Assembly (NCBI GenBank): GCA_004764695.1
Contig: SMSO01000031.1
Span: 8,600,761-8,664,760, forward strand
Length of the DNA: 64,000 bases
Source: Schizochytrium sp. TIO01
Lineage: Eukaryota; Protista; Bigyra: Labyrinthulomycetes
Direction: 5' to 3'
Positions 1 to 13,322 of the stretch are shown piece after piece. The translations under genes were made by a program, and so were the position numbers. The notes below the pieces were generated by a model, which saw only the letters and a program-made list of their open reading frames with translations, searched no databases and was not told the DNA's origin. The stretch's first letter is position 1. Every line of letters starts with the position of its first letter.

Positions 1-3000
1 GCGCCTCCTCTCAATCGCTATTGTATCGTGGAGAACGAGGGACGGACGGGTGTCTGTCTGTCTGGCAACTAGCTCTCTCTCCCACAGCCAGGCCTTTCTG
101 CCGAAGCTAGGAGCTTCTAGCGGGTACCTACACCTTCTGTCACGCGGACTCAAACAGACAGACAGACAGACACTCACTCACTCACCAGCCCCTCTTTCCG
201 CTGTCTCTCGAACGTGCGTCCTTTCTCTCTCGTCTCTTTCCGGGCCCATCAGCCAACGAAATAACCAACCAACCAACCAACCAATCAATTCCTCCGCCCA
301 TGAACCAGCCTCGAGCTGTTCGCTCAGGGATGCCACTGACCCGCTCGAGAAGCTCGGCGCCAGCGGAGAGAGACAGAGCAAGCAAGATTTGAAACGTTGA
401 CTTCTTCTTCGCTTTTGCCCTTCTCTTATTTTGACTTCGCGCACTCTCACACACATACTTTCTCTCTCTCTCTCTTTCTCTCTCTCCCTTAAAAAGGAAT
501 AAAACAGCCGACGCAAGCGCCTCTTTCCTCGACTTCGGAAAGTTTATTGAGTCCTGCTGTGCAAGTTTCTGAAAGCCTCCTCTGTCTCTGTGTCTGATCT
601 CTCTGTGTGTTCGTGTGCGCGTCTTTGTGCCTCTTCTGGCGCCTCTCCTCTCGCCTGCTTCTTCGCAAGTTTCTTTCAACTCCTCCTCCATCCCTCTGTA
701 CCGTCCGTCTCTCTGCCTATTGATTGCTTCAGAGCGTTCGTTTGGCCATAATGACCGCTGCGGTCTCAGCTCAGCTATACATATATGTATATATATATAT
801 ATATATGTATACCACTTCGTGGCGACGGTTTTCCACAACAACGAGGACGACGACAACGACAACGACAACGACGACGGCGACGCTGATTGCGTGGTTGAGG
901 GCACTTGTTTCGTTGTGGCCAATGGAATAGCTTTGGTTTATTCAAGTTGAGGTCGAGGTCCTTCGGGTCCTCGACGGCGCTGTTCCATCCGTGAGATATC
1001 TGCGCACCGCGAGAGAGAGGAAGTCCACGATTTACATCGATTAAAATTGTGCTGCGACTGAAGAGATTCTCTTCTCGTCTCATCTATTTCATCTCCTTTC
1101 GTCCGTTCGCTCTTCCGGTTCCGGAATGACTCAGGTTCGGGGAAAGAGACATCATAAGTGAACAAACATGCATCGTGATCATCGTCTTATGCAGTCGTTC
1201 TCCACGTCGTCGGCCAGCCGCGACTTGAAGATCTCTCTCTCTCTCTCTCTCAACGTTCGCGATCTCATCGATCTCATCTTTCACCAAACCAGCGCTTAAC
1301 GCTTCATCCTCTCAACTCGAGTCTCAGTTCAATCGTTGTTACTAAACTTTTGCCCTTTCCGCTTCATGAACGCTGAGATTGCGATCGCTGGAAAAGGAAC
1401 ATGACACACCCACCGACTTGGAGCACACCCACACTGAGAGGGACCCTCTTTCTGCTTACTATACACACATGGTACACATTAGATAGCGGATAATAAAGAA
1501 GTAACTTCAAATCATTAGAATTGGAAAAAATGAACTGTTTATTTATGACGTTAAAAATTATAGATTTTAAATTAACTTTTATGTGTATTATTTTGTTTGA
1601 ATAAAAATAAATATATATTAAAAAATAAAAATAAACTATTTAAGACTCTAACAAAATTATATATTGTTAAATTAATGTATGCAAAGTGCACGAAAGTCTT
1701 GACCCGGTACCAGCTTTCTCCAGACTAAAGATATATGTTAGAAGCGCCTCCTCAACCCTTCCCGAGACCGAACCCACCAGTACCTTGATCTGACTGCAGA
1801 CTCCCTCAGGCACCTTGTGGCGCAATAGTTTCAACAATCAACGAAAAAACAAACAAACAAATAAATCATTCATTCAGTTGTTATTTATTCATCGTCTCTC
1901 GCGATATTATCTGTACCAAGCAAGCTCTCGGGGATTTAGGCTCCAAGAAGAAAGAAGGAATTCAAAGCTGCAATTGCACTGTGGGTAGTGTGGGGATAGC
2001 TCCATCGACTACTATACAGCACACCGGTCCACGTCCGTCCCTAAGTGACAGTGGCGGTCGCCTTCAAGCAAAAGGAACTGTCCAGCCGCCCAATTTCCCG
2101 ATCGCGTACTTTGCCAAATACAGCGATCCGAGTGCTTGGACGCACAAAACCGCACAAAAAGGCGCCCGCACTCGAATGGGCGTTCAATTTGCTGTCTGTA
2201 ACTGACAGCGCCGTCTTTCTTCACTCACTTGCCACCTCAGTCAGGTAGGGACTACAAACAGACAAACAGACAGACAGACAGACAAATGGCTAAACTGCGA
2301 TTTTTTTCCCTTTGCGGATCGCGTGCGAGGCGCGGACGCTTCCAAAAGCTTCTTTCACCGCAGTGGCCTGAGATCTTATTTGGTATAGTAAGAAGCTGCT
2401 AGGTGCTTGTTTTTGAGCTACCTGCTTCTTTCTCGGAGCTACAGGCTTCTTTCCTCCTTGGCGGCGCGTGTGGTTAAAAGATTGGCGTGGGGGCGTCGGG
2501 AAATTGGAGCGAGTTTTGGAGATTCAAGGCCTTGTATTCAGGGGTGGCAGATTCCCTTTTGCTTGTTGGTCTGCTGCCTTTTCTGCTTTGGGCTGCAATC
2601 GTTGACCTCGTGATTGCTTCTTTTGCTTTCTTCCAGATCGCTTCGAAGCGCCATCGACTGCGCTGCCTTTTCGATGATGTCCAAAATCGACACGGTTTGG
2701 GAGTTTGGGCGCAAGGCCTAAGCAAGGGGACTGGGGCAGCTAGCTAGCATTAGGGGGTTGAGTTGAACTTTAGGCATCTTCCATCGCCTTTTGAGAGGGG
2801 CTGAGGTCTCCTTTTTTTCTTTCTTTCTTCCTTCCTTGCTTCTCTTTTTCGTTTGGTTCTGTTCAGGCAGGGCACTAAAGCATTTTTTGGCCTTTCCAAA
2901 TGAAGATAATAGACTTAAAAAAAAAAAACTTAAAAACTAAAAAAAATTAAAAAACAAAACATTCTTATTTATTTGAACAATTTAAAGAAAAATAGAATAA

Positions 3001-5124
3001 AAAATGGAACTATCAAACGTGTTTTTTTGTTTGCTTTGAAAAAAAATATTAAAAAAAATATATACATATATATGTTTTTAGTAAGTAGAAATAGATCGTA
3101 GTAGAAGGATCGAAAGCGAAGCAGCAGTGAAGAAAACGCTGCGAAAGGAAGAACAAGAATCCGACGAGGTTTCTTCGCGCCTGCTGTGCAGGATTGCCCC
3201 ATTCAATTGAGAAACGAATCAACAGATGAATCCCATTCTGTCGCAGCTACGGTTTGTAAACCCCACTGATCAGGCAGGTGAAGCGTACAGGTTGGTCGGA
3301 AATCGATAACTGAACAGGCAGGTCGATTGAGTCGCTCACTCATTCATTCATTCATTCATTCATTCATTCATTCATTCACTCACTCACTCGCTCACTCACC
3401 CACGAAGAGTTTTTAATTCGATAGAGTAATAGTTTCGTATTTAAGTTAATTCTTATTTTATTTTATTTTGAATATGAAATTTCCGAAAATTATAAAATTA
3501 CATGCACCTTCTCACAAAACAATCAATGCTCTTTCTTAAGACGAAAGTCAGATTGAGAGATCGCGGAATCAAAAGAGCAAATAGAATCAAACTATCGCGG
3601 GCCAACAAGCTTGGAACTGCTGTTGAGTCTCCGCTGTTTATCACACCTACCTACCACTTACGCCGATACCTTCGATCGCGATGAAGCGCCGGTCTATGGT
3701 CTCCTTTTGCTCTGCCTTTCGCCTCGTTGGAGACACACGTTGGACCTGCACTTGAGGCTGTTTCGAGACGAGTGCCACAGAAATCCGGGCAACGCGATAT
3801 GATCAGTTTTGTGATTTTACTGCCACTACCCTCAATTGGCGCTTGCTCTTGCAAAGGGAGAGGAAGAGCCAATAACGAAGGAGAAACGAAGAAGCCGCTC
3901 GCTCTTTAACGTCTTCATCATAAAACAGGGCAAATTCGAAAGAACATCGATCATCGATGTTCTCCATTCCAGCGTATTCTTTGCGATGGAGTACATACTC
4001 ACTCACTAACTTAGTTACTTAGTTTCCGCTGGTCGTCCGCGTTTTGTTTCGACGGAAAAGATCTTCAGGGCCGAAGAAGAAGTAGATATACAAACGGCAA
4101 AAAGGTGCAAATGACTCGAGTTTGCTTTGCTTTGCTTTACTTTGCTTTGTTTCGCTACGAGATGATGCGACCTGAACACGCTCGTTTCTGCTTAATTTCG
4201 ACTGTTGATTTTTAAAAGCGTATATGCATGTATCTAGTAGCTCCATCATTTTAATCCTTTAAAGGTCTGAAGAGAGAGAGAGAGAGAGAGTACTCGCAAG
4301 ATTTCAGAAACTTTTAAGTTTGCTCAAAATGGTCCAAAGAAATGCTGTCGTACAGTCCACTTCAATGGAATGTCCGGTTTCATAAGCGATTGCTTGGTTC
4401 ATGAACCCTCTCACTCCTCAACAGCCGACATAAAGAAAGTTTGAGGTCGGTAGCCCATCGCAGATGTATTCAGAGGTGTCATAGGCGGGCGAGGCAAGTT
4501 CCTGCGCGTAGACTCGTTTCTTAATTTCAAGTACTCTACACTTGCAAAGGATGAAACTTCCCCATCTCAGTCTAAGTTAAATCCACCGTACGGCACAGCA
4601 AGTCCAGTTTTGATTCGGGGCCCTAAACTTCGATGCCGTCCGGGTTTTAGGAATTGTCTGACATATTGAGCAAAACCGTTGTTGTGGCTCGACGTCTTAT
4701 ATAACGACAGCCTTTACTTCGCAAGTGCGCTGTTGAATCAATCAAGTAATCGCATTTAATCATACCCAATCATATTCAATATGCAATCGTATTTAATCAC
4801 ATCCAATCAATCAATCAATCAATCATTTTTTTTACTTTCAAAACAAAAGAAGTCTGGCTAAGGCATCTCAACGAGCAACCTTGGATATGTAGCAGGATTC
4901 GATCTGTCTTCAAAGCTCGCGATTCTATAAACCCAATCGCGAGCCTGTTCGAAGACCGTATTATCCTTACAGGTGGAACTCTCCAAGTGTCCCGAACCGA
5001 CAACACCTTTCGCTCAAGTTCCTGTCCACGCTTCTACGCATCCACTGTGTCGCGAGAGCAAATGTGACACTGGGTATTCACGCAAACCTATCTTCAGCAT
5101 CTCTCTTGTTTGGCATCGTGTGGG

Positions 5125-5304
<180 letters not shown>

Positions 5305-5839
5305 GAGCATCATAAACGAGTTGAACCTTGATTCTGCGAAGGAGAGCGTAAGAGTAGCAATGAGCTAGGTAACTAAGAACGCAAGTACGCTGGCTTAAGT
5401 TCTTGAGTCGCGGTGTCGTTCATAGTCAGAGCCGCACTGATTCTCCACTCCGTTCCTGAGTGCGATGCGCGTACTGTGCAAAGATTGCAGACCAAATAAA
5501 GAAGCGTGCGCCAAGCTCGCCGGAGGGTCTTTCACGTGCCTACAGTTAACTTGATTAAACTAATTATTATGATGTGGTTTTATCATCTTTGTGTATGCTA
5601 AACATTTCGTGGAAATTACACATACTCCTCTTGAAAATGCAAAAGCGAAATATGAGACAAAAAAAGCGGTAGGAAAATGAGTGCTCACGCGCACAATGCA
5701 CTACTTCCTAAGCAGGTAACTCTGTCTCGATCTTTGACATTATCCGAAACCTCGTAGGTACCTACTTTTAAAGAAATCTACTTCGAGCTACGTAGGTGCC
5801 CTGTCTCAGCTTTATCATACGTGAAAAAAATAAAATTAA

Positions 5840-5873
<34 letters not shown>

Positions 5874-6543
5874 TAACGACGCGGCGGTGATAAAACTATT
5901 TCTACGGCGCATTCTCTATCCTCACCAAAGAAATGAATGCTCTGTCGACGCGACGAAGTGTTCGAGAGGCTCTTCCTTTGTGCGGTACCTCAGTATTTTC
6001 ATATCGTATCCTGCCTGAGCGAATAAGCTTAGCCTCATCATCATATCATCCCCATCATTCGTGGAGTTTCTTTCTCTCTCTCTCCCTCTGGACTCTCTTT
6101 TCTTGCAGGATTTGAAAAAGACGACGGAGAAGAAGGCCGCAGAACAAAAGCCATCGGCGCAAAGGCGCCACCAAGAAGCTAAAGGCTCAGAGCTGAGGTG
6201 CCCTGAGCCACCTCTGCTGATGAGTCCATGCGCCAAAAGAGTCAAAGAAAGCAGCAGAGAAGTACAGAAGTACAGAAGTAAAGAAATTAATTAGAGAAGT
6301 AGAGAAATTAATTAAAGACGTAGAGAAGTAAAGCTCTGCGCAGATCTGCAATGACTGACGGCCATGGCCATACGGAAATGATGAGCAGCCGAACACGGCC
6401 TTTGGCGATCCAGAGGCGTCTGCAGAGAGAGGCCCTGAGGCGTAAAGACGTGTACCGGAGCGCCTACTGAGCTTCTTCAGCACCTTACTCCCTTCTTACA
6501 TTCTTATAGGCCCTACTAATTGGTCCTTATAAAATGACCTTCG

Positions 6544-6581
<38 letters not shown>

Positions 6582-7719
6582 GCGATGCTTCTAAAGGTGT
6601 TGCAGAGGAATTGACTGATGAAGTGAGTGTACGTGAGATATGGATGGTCCGCAACAGCAGAGAGGCAGGGAATGATGGCCGACTTCGTCGCGTGCGCGGC
6701 TCGAGAGGCTCGAGGGCCCTTCGAAGCAGAGTGTTCATTGGCATGTATGTATGTCCTTCCGAGTTGGTCAAAGAAAGCTTTGTTTTTCTTTCTTCTAATT
6801 GATGAAGAGCCCAAATAAGGTTTCAATGAATGATGATTGTATTTTTAGATATTAATTTTAAATTTTTAAATTTTCAATTATCGAACATTACTTTTAATTA
6901 ATTAATGAATTAAAAAATGATGGAAAAGACGAAATACACAATACAAAGTTGTGGGTTTGCTAAATAAACTCTGACGTCGCCGGTGGGGCTTTCAAGTTGA
7001 GCCGCGGCGATTTAGCATCCGCCTCGAAAGCCGAGCTGTAGCTAGAAAAGAGAAAAGACATGCAATCAATCAGACCGAGCGAAGAGAGCATAGTCCAGAC
7101 GCATATCTCTAGGCGCCTCTGCAGCCCGACCAATCAACCAATCAACCAATCAATCAATCAATCCATCCATCAATCCATCCATTCATCCATCGTGTACCAG
7201 CAATGAAAGACAGCGGTCTTTCTTAGTGCCTCTCTCTCTCTCTGTGTGTGTGTCTGTGAGTGTGTGTCCGTCTGTTTGGTAACTGTAACAGTAGCAGAGG
7301 CAGAAGGTCGAGTTTGGCAATCCTGTCTACTTCGAATTTTGCCGCCGCCGCGCCCTCATTAGTGTTGGGCGGTGTCCAAAGGTGCAGCGGCCGCGCTCAA
7401 AGGCTGCTCTGGCGCTCTTCTTTCTCCGCCAATCCCTGAGCGAGTGAGCTCTGTTCTTGAACGTGCTTCTTCTGTCAACAGTTTTCGTTTCTTTCAATAA
7501 AAAACATCATTTAAACAAACAAACAAACAAAAAAAGTACTTTAATTAAAATAGATAGATAATTAAATAAAATGAGGCAGGTGCTGTTTAGCGCTGTTTAC
7601 TCTTCTGATCTCCGTTGGATATTCGCTTATTTGATCGCCGTTTGATTGTCGATTGATTGATCTTGGTTTGCTGTTGGTTTATACGTGGCTGGCTTTCGTC
7701 CAGTTTGGGTGGCCCGCCT

Positions 7720-7807
7720 TTCTTGTCTTTCTTGTCTTTCATGCCTTTCATGCCTTTCATGCCTTTCAAGCCTTTCAAGCCTTTCAAGCCTTTCAAGCCT
7801 TTCAAGC

Positions 7808-7840
<33 letters not shown>
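7720..7840. repeat. 9-bp minisatellite (CTTTCTTGT -> CTTTCATGC -> CTTTCAAGC) grading into (TTTC)n
   Basis: Tandem 9-mers with stepwise unit change read directly. Confidence 0.9.
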
Positions 7841-7843
<3 letters not shown>

Positions 7844-9242
7844 TGCGAAGGGTACCAAAGCCGTCCGAAAGAAGTGCTCTGCTGAACTGGCCGGGCCCTG
7901 CAATGGAGCGGCGCCCAAAGGCTGTGTGGACTTTGGGCGCTTCGAGGGAGCCTTCCTTCGGCGTAGTGGCTGCTGATCGGCTACTGGCCCGAAGGTGGTG
8001 AGGTGCGTGCTCTCTTTAGCCTCCTTCGTTGCTTTCTTCGTTGCCCCGCTCCAGAGTAAGAGGGAGAAGAAGAAGGAGAAGGAAAAGATGGCCGCCTCAG
8101 TTTTCATTTCACCCGAAGAAAGCGATTTCTGCAACGGTGGGTTTTGGAAGGTCTCTGCGACGCCCTCTCTTACGAGTGTGATGGTGAAATTCGTTATTAT
8201 AACTTAATTTAAAACAAAATATTCATGTACGAATAATTCGCATTAGCATGGCGAAAAAGGATATGCGTAGGTAGGTAGCACTTATTCTTCAGATATTTTA
8301 AAATGTTATTTTTTAAATAGATTAACACATCATTGATATGTATACGCATTAACATGTATACGGTAACCTTGAAAGGGGGAATGAATGAATGGGATTTAGA
8401 AGCACAAGTAACTCTGTGCGTCCATGTCTTTCCAAAGAACCGTTCCGAACTCGCGTAAAGTGAAGAAACAACATCGAAAGAGCAGGCGCGTTCTTTTTTA
8501 GGTGGCCTCGAAGATTCAAGAATGCCTACCGTAAGCGTGCCAAGCGAAGAGCCAGAGACATACCATCCATGAAGTGATGGTTTTGACTCTCGAGGTTTTT
8601 ACCCAAGCTAAAAAATAAAATGAAAAACATTTTTAACAACTCATTCTATCAAAGTAATGCTATTTACTCTCTCTTTCTTTCTTACCGCTTTCTTTCGTTG
8701 TCGTGAAGAGCAGTGTCGTCAGGCATATCATATAGCCGTATAGGTCCCAACTCGCGGGTGGAAGAGAAGAAGGCGCCCTTTGCTTTGAGCCGCCTTTCGA
8801 CATGTGCTGGCGCATTCGCAGTGCCCAAAGTCAAAGCCGCTGCGCATTCATTCAGACCTAAGAGTAACACCTTTCGAAGCCTCTGGCAGAAAATAAAAAC
8901 CACCAATCTTTGGTGGAATCACCGATCTTGGACTTGGAGAACCTGTATTTGCAGAACCTAACCAGTGGAATTCAGAAGAAGATGCATGGATAGACGCGTG
9001 AAGGAATCAGCCAGAGAATCGCCGCTTTATCTTTTTTTAATCGTCGCTCGTTGTTGATAATAATAATAACAACAAGTGAGCCAGCAAGTTAGACTGACTT
9101 GTTTGGCAATGCTTTCGAGTAATCGTTTACAAACCTTGAGGTCGTAGAGATCGATCTCGGGGATCAAATCGGTTTGACCTGGAACCTCGATTAAAACTAA
9201 TCTGTTTGTACCTCCCCAAAGCCACTACAGCAGACTCACCTA

Positions 9243-9292
9243 ACAATCAATCAATCAATTTCAAACCAAGTGACTGACTGAATGAATGAATG

Positions 9293-9327
<35 letters not shown>

Positions 9328-9388
9328 TTCAAACCAAGTGAATGAATGAATGAATCAATCAATCAATCAATCAATCAATGAATGAATG

Positions 9389-9418
<30 letters not shown>
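9243..9418. repeat. Compound (AATC)n/(AATG)n microsatellite with duplicated AATTTCAAACCAAGTGA core
   Basis: Core occurs twice (~9257 and ~9325) embedded in tetranucleotide runs. Confidence 0.9.
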
Positions 9419-9423
<5 letters not shown>

Positions 9424-10254
9424 CAAACAACAAAAGGCCGCCTGAAACAGCTTCGTTTGTTTTATCTCCTCTTTCCCTCGGACTTGACCTCCTTTGTTTC
9501 GCTTTCCATTTATTCAGTCATTTAGTTATTAAAAGCTGATGTTTTCATAATTTAAGAGTTAAAGTAAAGAATAACAAGTATAAAAGGCAGTAAGTAAGAC
9601 AAATCACCTCACTGAGATTGTACTTTGCTGCGCATACTACATACATACACATATATATACATATTCTATATATTATATGCTGCCTGAAGAGTTCCATGAA
9701 CAGTAAGTTCGACGCAGCGGCCCCTTCGGAAGCAGAGGAGAGCGCTTCCGAGGATGCGATTGATGTCACCAATCAGTCAGTCAGTCAGTCAGTCAGTCAG
9801 TCAGACCTCCTTCCCTCGCTCTTCTCTCTTGCTTGCTTGCTCTCTTCATTGCTCTCTGTCCTGTCTGCTTAGCGAAGGTCGGCGCAGCGAGCAAAGATTC
9901 GAAAGGCATAGAAGGCGCTAGAAAGCGCTGTTTCGCACTATGGAGAAAGGAGTTCTTTCTTTTCTTGTTTGTTTGTTTCTTTCTTTCTTTTTAGAACTTT
10001 GAATTGACTTGAAAAGCAGAACTAATCTTTTATGAAGTAAAAATAAACATTGTGATTGTTCGAATTATTCATTCATTCGGGGATACGTACCAAAATTGGG
10101 GATAGGGGCCATAGAGGAAGAAGCCACTCTCTTTGTAAGGCCGCTTGCTTGGACAGGCGGACTCTAGTCTTTGCCGTTGGGGGCTGTGTGCTGGTTTATT
10201 GCAGAGTGCAGATCAGACTTAGCTTGATCTCTCTGTGGATGAGTGTGTACATTG

Positions 10255-10397
<143 letters not shown>

Positions 10398-10943
10398 ACG
10401 ATCGTATTGCTGGAGTGGAATCTTTCGTTCGTTTAAAGAAGAAAGACCCCTTCGTTCACCTTTTGTACTTTGAAAAGGGTGGCTGCGCGTGCTCCTCGAA
10501 GTTAAAAGAGCAGCCAAAGGGAAGTACGTGCATACGTATCAGCAGAAGAAGAAGAAGAAGAAGAAGAAGAAGAAGAAGAGGAAAGAGAAAACGTGAAACA
10601 GCTCGGAACTCTGATATAGATCATCCCAACAGCCACGAATACTCGTGAGCCGATTACGCGCAGCCAGAAGGAGGGAGGGAGGCACCTGCGTAGTAACCAG
10701 AGCACAGTTTCGCCCAAACGGTTTGATTCGGTGGATAGAACCAAACAGGAATCCATCAAAACGAAAGCTCGATGCTATTTTCACACGATTAGAAACATGA
10801 CGAGAAATTATTTGTGAAAAAAAAAAAAGAAAAGATAAAAAGATAAAAAGATCAAACACTTCTACTTAGTTTGTTGTTATAAAGCTTGCTTTAATTAATT
10901 AAACTTAATATTAATAAAATATAAGAGCAAGTAAGTGTCTTTC

Positions 10944-11138
10944 GCGGGGGGGGGGGGAGCACTGGCTAAGGCCCCGCTACCCCGAAGGGTACCCACAGTG
11001 GAGCGATCCCGAATCAAGGACTCAAGAGTCGTCGCTCCGCCTTTCGTTTTATGACCTGTAGATCTCAGTAGGACTCGCTATCGCTCAGCTGTGCATCACT
11101 AGCATAAGCGGTAGCAAGTCCTACTAGAATCTGACCTG
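10944..11138. other. Cluster of stem-loops (candidate structured ncRNA or foldback mini-element)
   Basis: GCGGGG(10944-49)/CCCCGC(10972-77); TACCC-CGAA-GGGTA (10978-91); GTGGAGCGA(10998-11006)/TCGCTCCGC(11032-40); 19-bp stem 11067-85/11107-25; TGACCTG direct repeat at 11052-58 and 11132-38. Confidence 0.45.
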
Positions 11139-11576
11139 AACACATGAATTCGATGTTTCGTAGCTGTTAGAAAGAAGGATCGTTATGGATCTGCTTTCAC
11201 TAAAAGGTTTCTAAAAAGATGTCTGAGCGAGTGAGTGAGTTTATCATTACAACGACAGAGAATTTAGAGTCTGCGAAGAAGAAGAAGAAGAAGATGATGA
11301 TGACGAAGATGAAGAAGCAACGCGCAATGCTTCGAAATAGGCGCACTCGAACGAGTGAAGCGCAAGCACTGAAAGAGCGTCGGTTGACGAGTGATCCAAA
11401 CGCTAGTCTCTTCAGCGAAGAAGCGGATCTACGATTCCTTGGCTTCGATTTGAGGTTATATATATATATATATATGTACATACGCGTACGTATGTTTGTT
11501 GGTTTGCATGTTTGCTTTTGCTTTCGTTCCTCACCGCGTCAACCAACGCAATTGCGATGCTGGCCTATAAACTGCC

Positions 11577-11630
11577 GGTTTATTGCTGGTCTATTGCTGG
11601 TTTATTGCTGGTTTATTGCTGGCTTATTGT
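11577..11630. repeat. 11-bp tandem repeat (GGTTTATTGCT) x~5
   Basis: Direct reading, with variants GGTCTATTGCT and GGCTTATTGT. Confidence 0.9.
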
Positions 11631-11956
11631 CCGCAAGCTTGGACGCGTAGCTTGAGCTATGGTGGTCTACGATCCACAGAGCGCCACAGCTACGTCTGCA
11701 GAAGACTACACAAACCCTACAAACAGGCACTTCAGCGGCGCCACTTGGTCGCAGACGCTGCGGCGGGGAAGTTTAGGGCCAACGTAGTGGACGAACTGAG
11801 GCGGCTGTTGCTGTAGCGGCGTGCGTGCGTGCGTGCTCTGCTTTGCTCTGCGGCAGAATTCCAACAGCACTTGCGCAGCTTCGGCAGTAGTGGTGCACGG
11901 AGGCGCAATGAGCATGGAGCTCTGGCCTACCTGAGCCGGCGGTCCGGTCGCCCGCC

Positions 11957-11987
<31 letters not shown>

Positions 11988-13322
11988 TCCAGTCCAGGCT
12001 CGCCTCACCTCACCTTCGGCTTGTGCCACACAGGTCCCTGAAACCGAGCTCCATGGGGCAGGCCATGCGTGCGTGCAGGCAGCCAGGCAGCCAGGCAGCC
12101 AGACGGGTGTGCTAGCGCCTGACGAGGCTCGGGCTGTGAGACAGGAGGATCTGAGGAGACCGCAGAGCACAGGCCTGGAGATGGTGGTGTCCTTGGATGG
12201 CCGGTACAGCGATGAGCGCAGAGTCGTCCTTCGATCCAACGCAGACATCGTACGAGCTCATCCGTGTGCTTGGTAGGTAAGCGGACTTAGGCTAAGTCAC
12301 CTAGGAACGAGCTGCACATCAGACAGAAGCATGGGCGTAGGTACGTAGGCAGCAGAGCGCCTGGCAACGAGTCGCGGCGATGAGGAAGACTCTGCCCAAG
12401 ACCCGAACCAAACCAAGATGTAAGCTGAGATGTTTTGATAGCGCAGACCAAATGATTGAACGGATGCGAGAATCTACAACTGTCCGTCTCAAAAAACACC
12501 CACAATAATGAAGACGGCTTGCTGTGTGTGGAATAACTCAACCATTCATACCAACCGATCTGAATGTATTTAGCTACTTCTCTACCCGAAGGAAACGAGT
12601 GATTGATGGAAACCAGGATACATGCACACACTCTCACACCCACTAATACTTTTAGCCTACTTCCCTGCCTGACCTTGAACATTGCCAAGAAGAGTGACAT
12701 TTTACCTGGATAGCGGGCGGCTCATCGTCTGATCCAGGCAACGCTTTAAGAGTCCGTTGCAACCGGACTTACTCGCGCAGCTTTTAGTCAAGGATTATAG
12801 GCCAAGATTTAATTAGCTCTGCTGCTGGCAACTTTAGACCAGTATTAAAAAGAATAAAATTGTACCATATCACTATCCAACTTTAGTGTTGAGAAGGAGA
12901 TGAAGAAAATCAGTCATAGTGTACCGTCGAAACGGTCGCTGTCCAGAGGGCAGAAAGGACCTACCTCGAAAGTGCTGTTCTGATGCTCTGCGTATACGCG
13001 ATCTGAGGAGTACTTCTTTGACCGCTGGGACACTCGCTCGCTTGTTCACCCATCGCTCGAACGACACCGACCCTTTTGATCTTGCTCTGAACTGGTTTAA
13101 CTTCCTGCTGACCACATTGTTGTGCACAAATCAGCCCTGAGATCTCACATCTTACAGAGAGGTGCCTACCTACATAGCGGTAACAAGCATACGCACGCGA
13201 TTGGTTTTGAATATTTCACTGATTGAAGATGCGCGTGATCCATGACGTGCTACTTTGATGACCCAGACACCATGTAAACAAGATTAGCTCAACAGCTCAA
13301 AGTTATTTTCTTCCTTATCGAA

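Noticed and set aside
182-950. 246-aa and 111-aa ORFs at the window start
   Set aside because: Built from (CT)n, (AT)n and (GACAAC)n repeats; no protein-like content.
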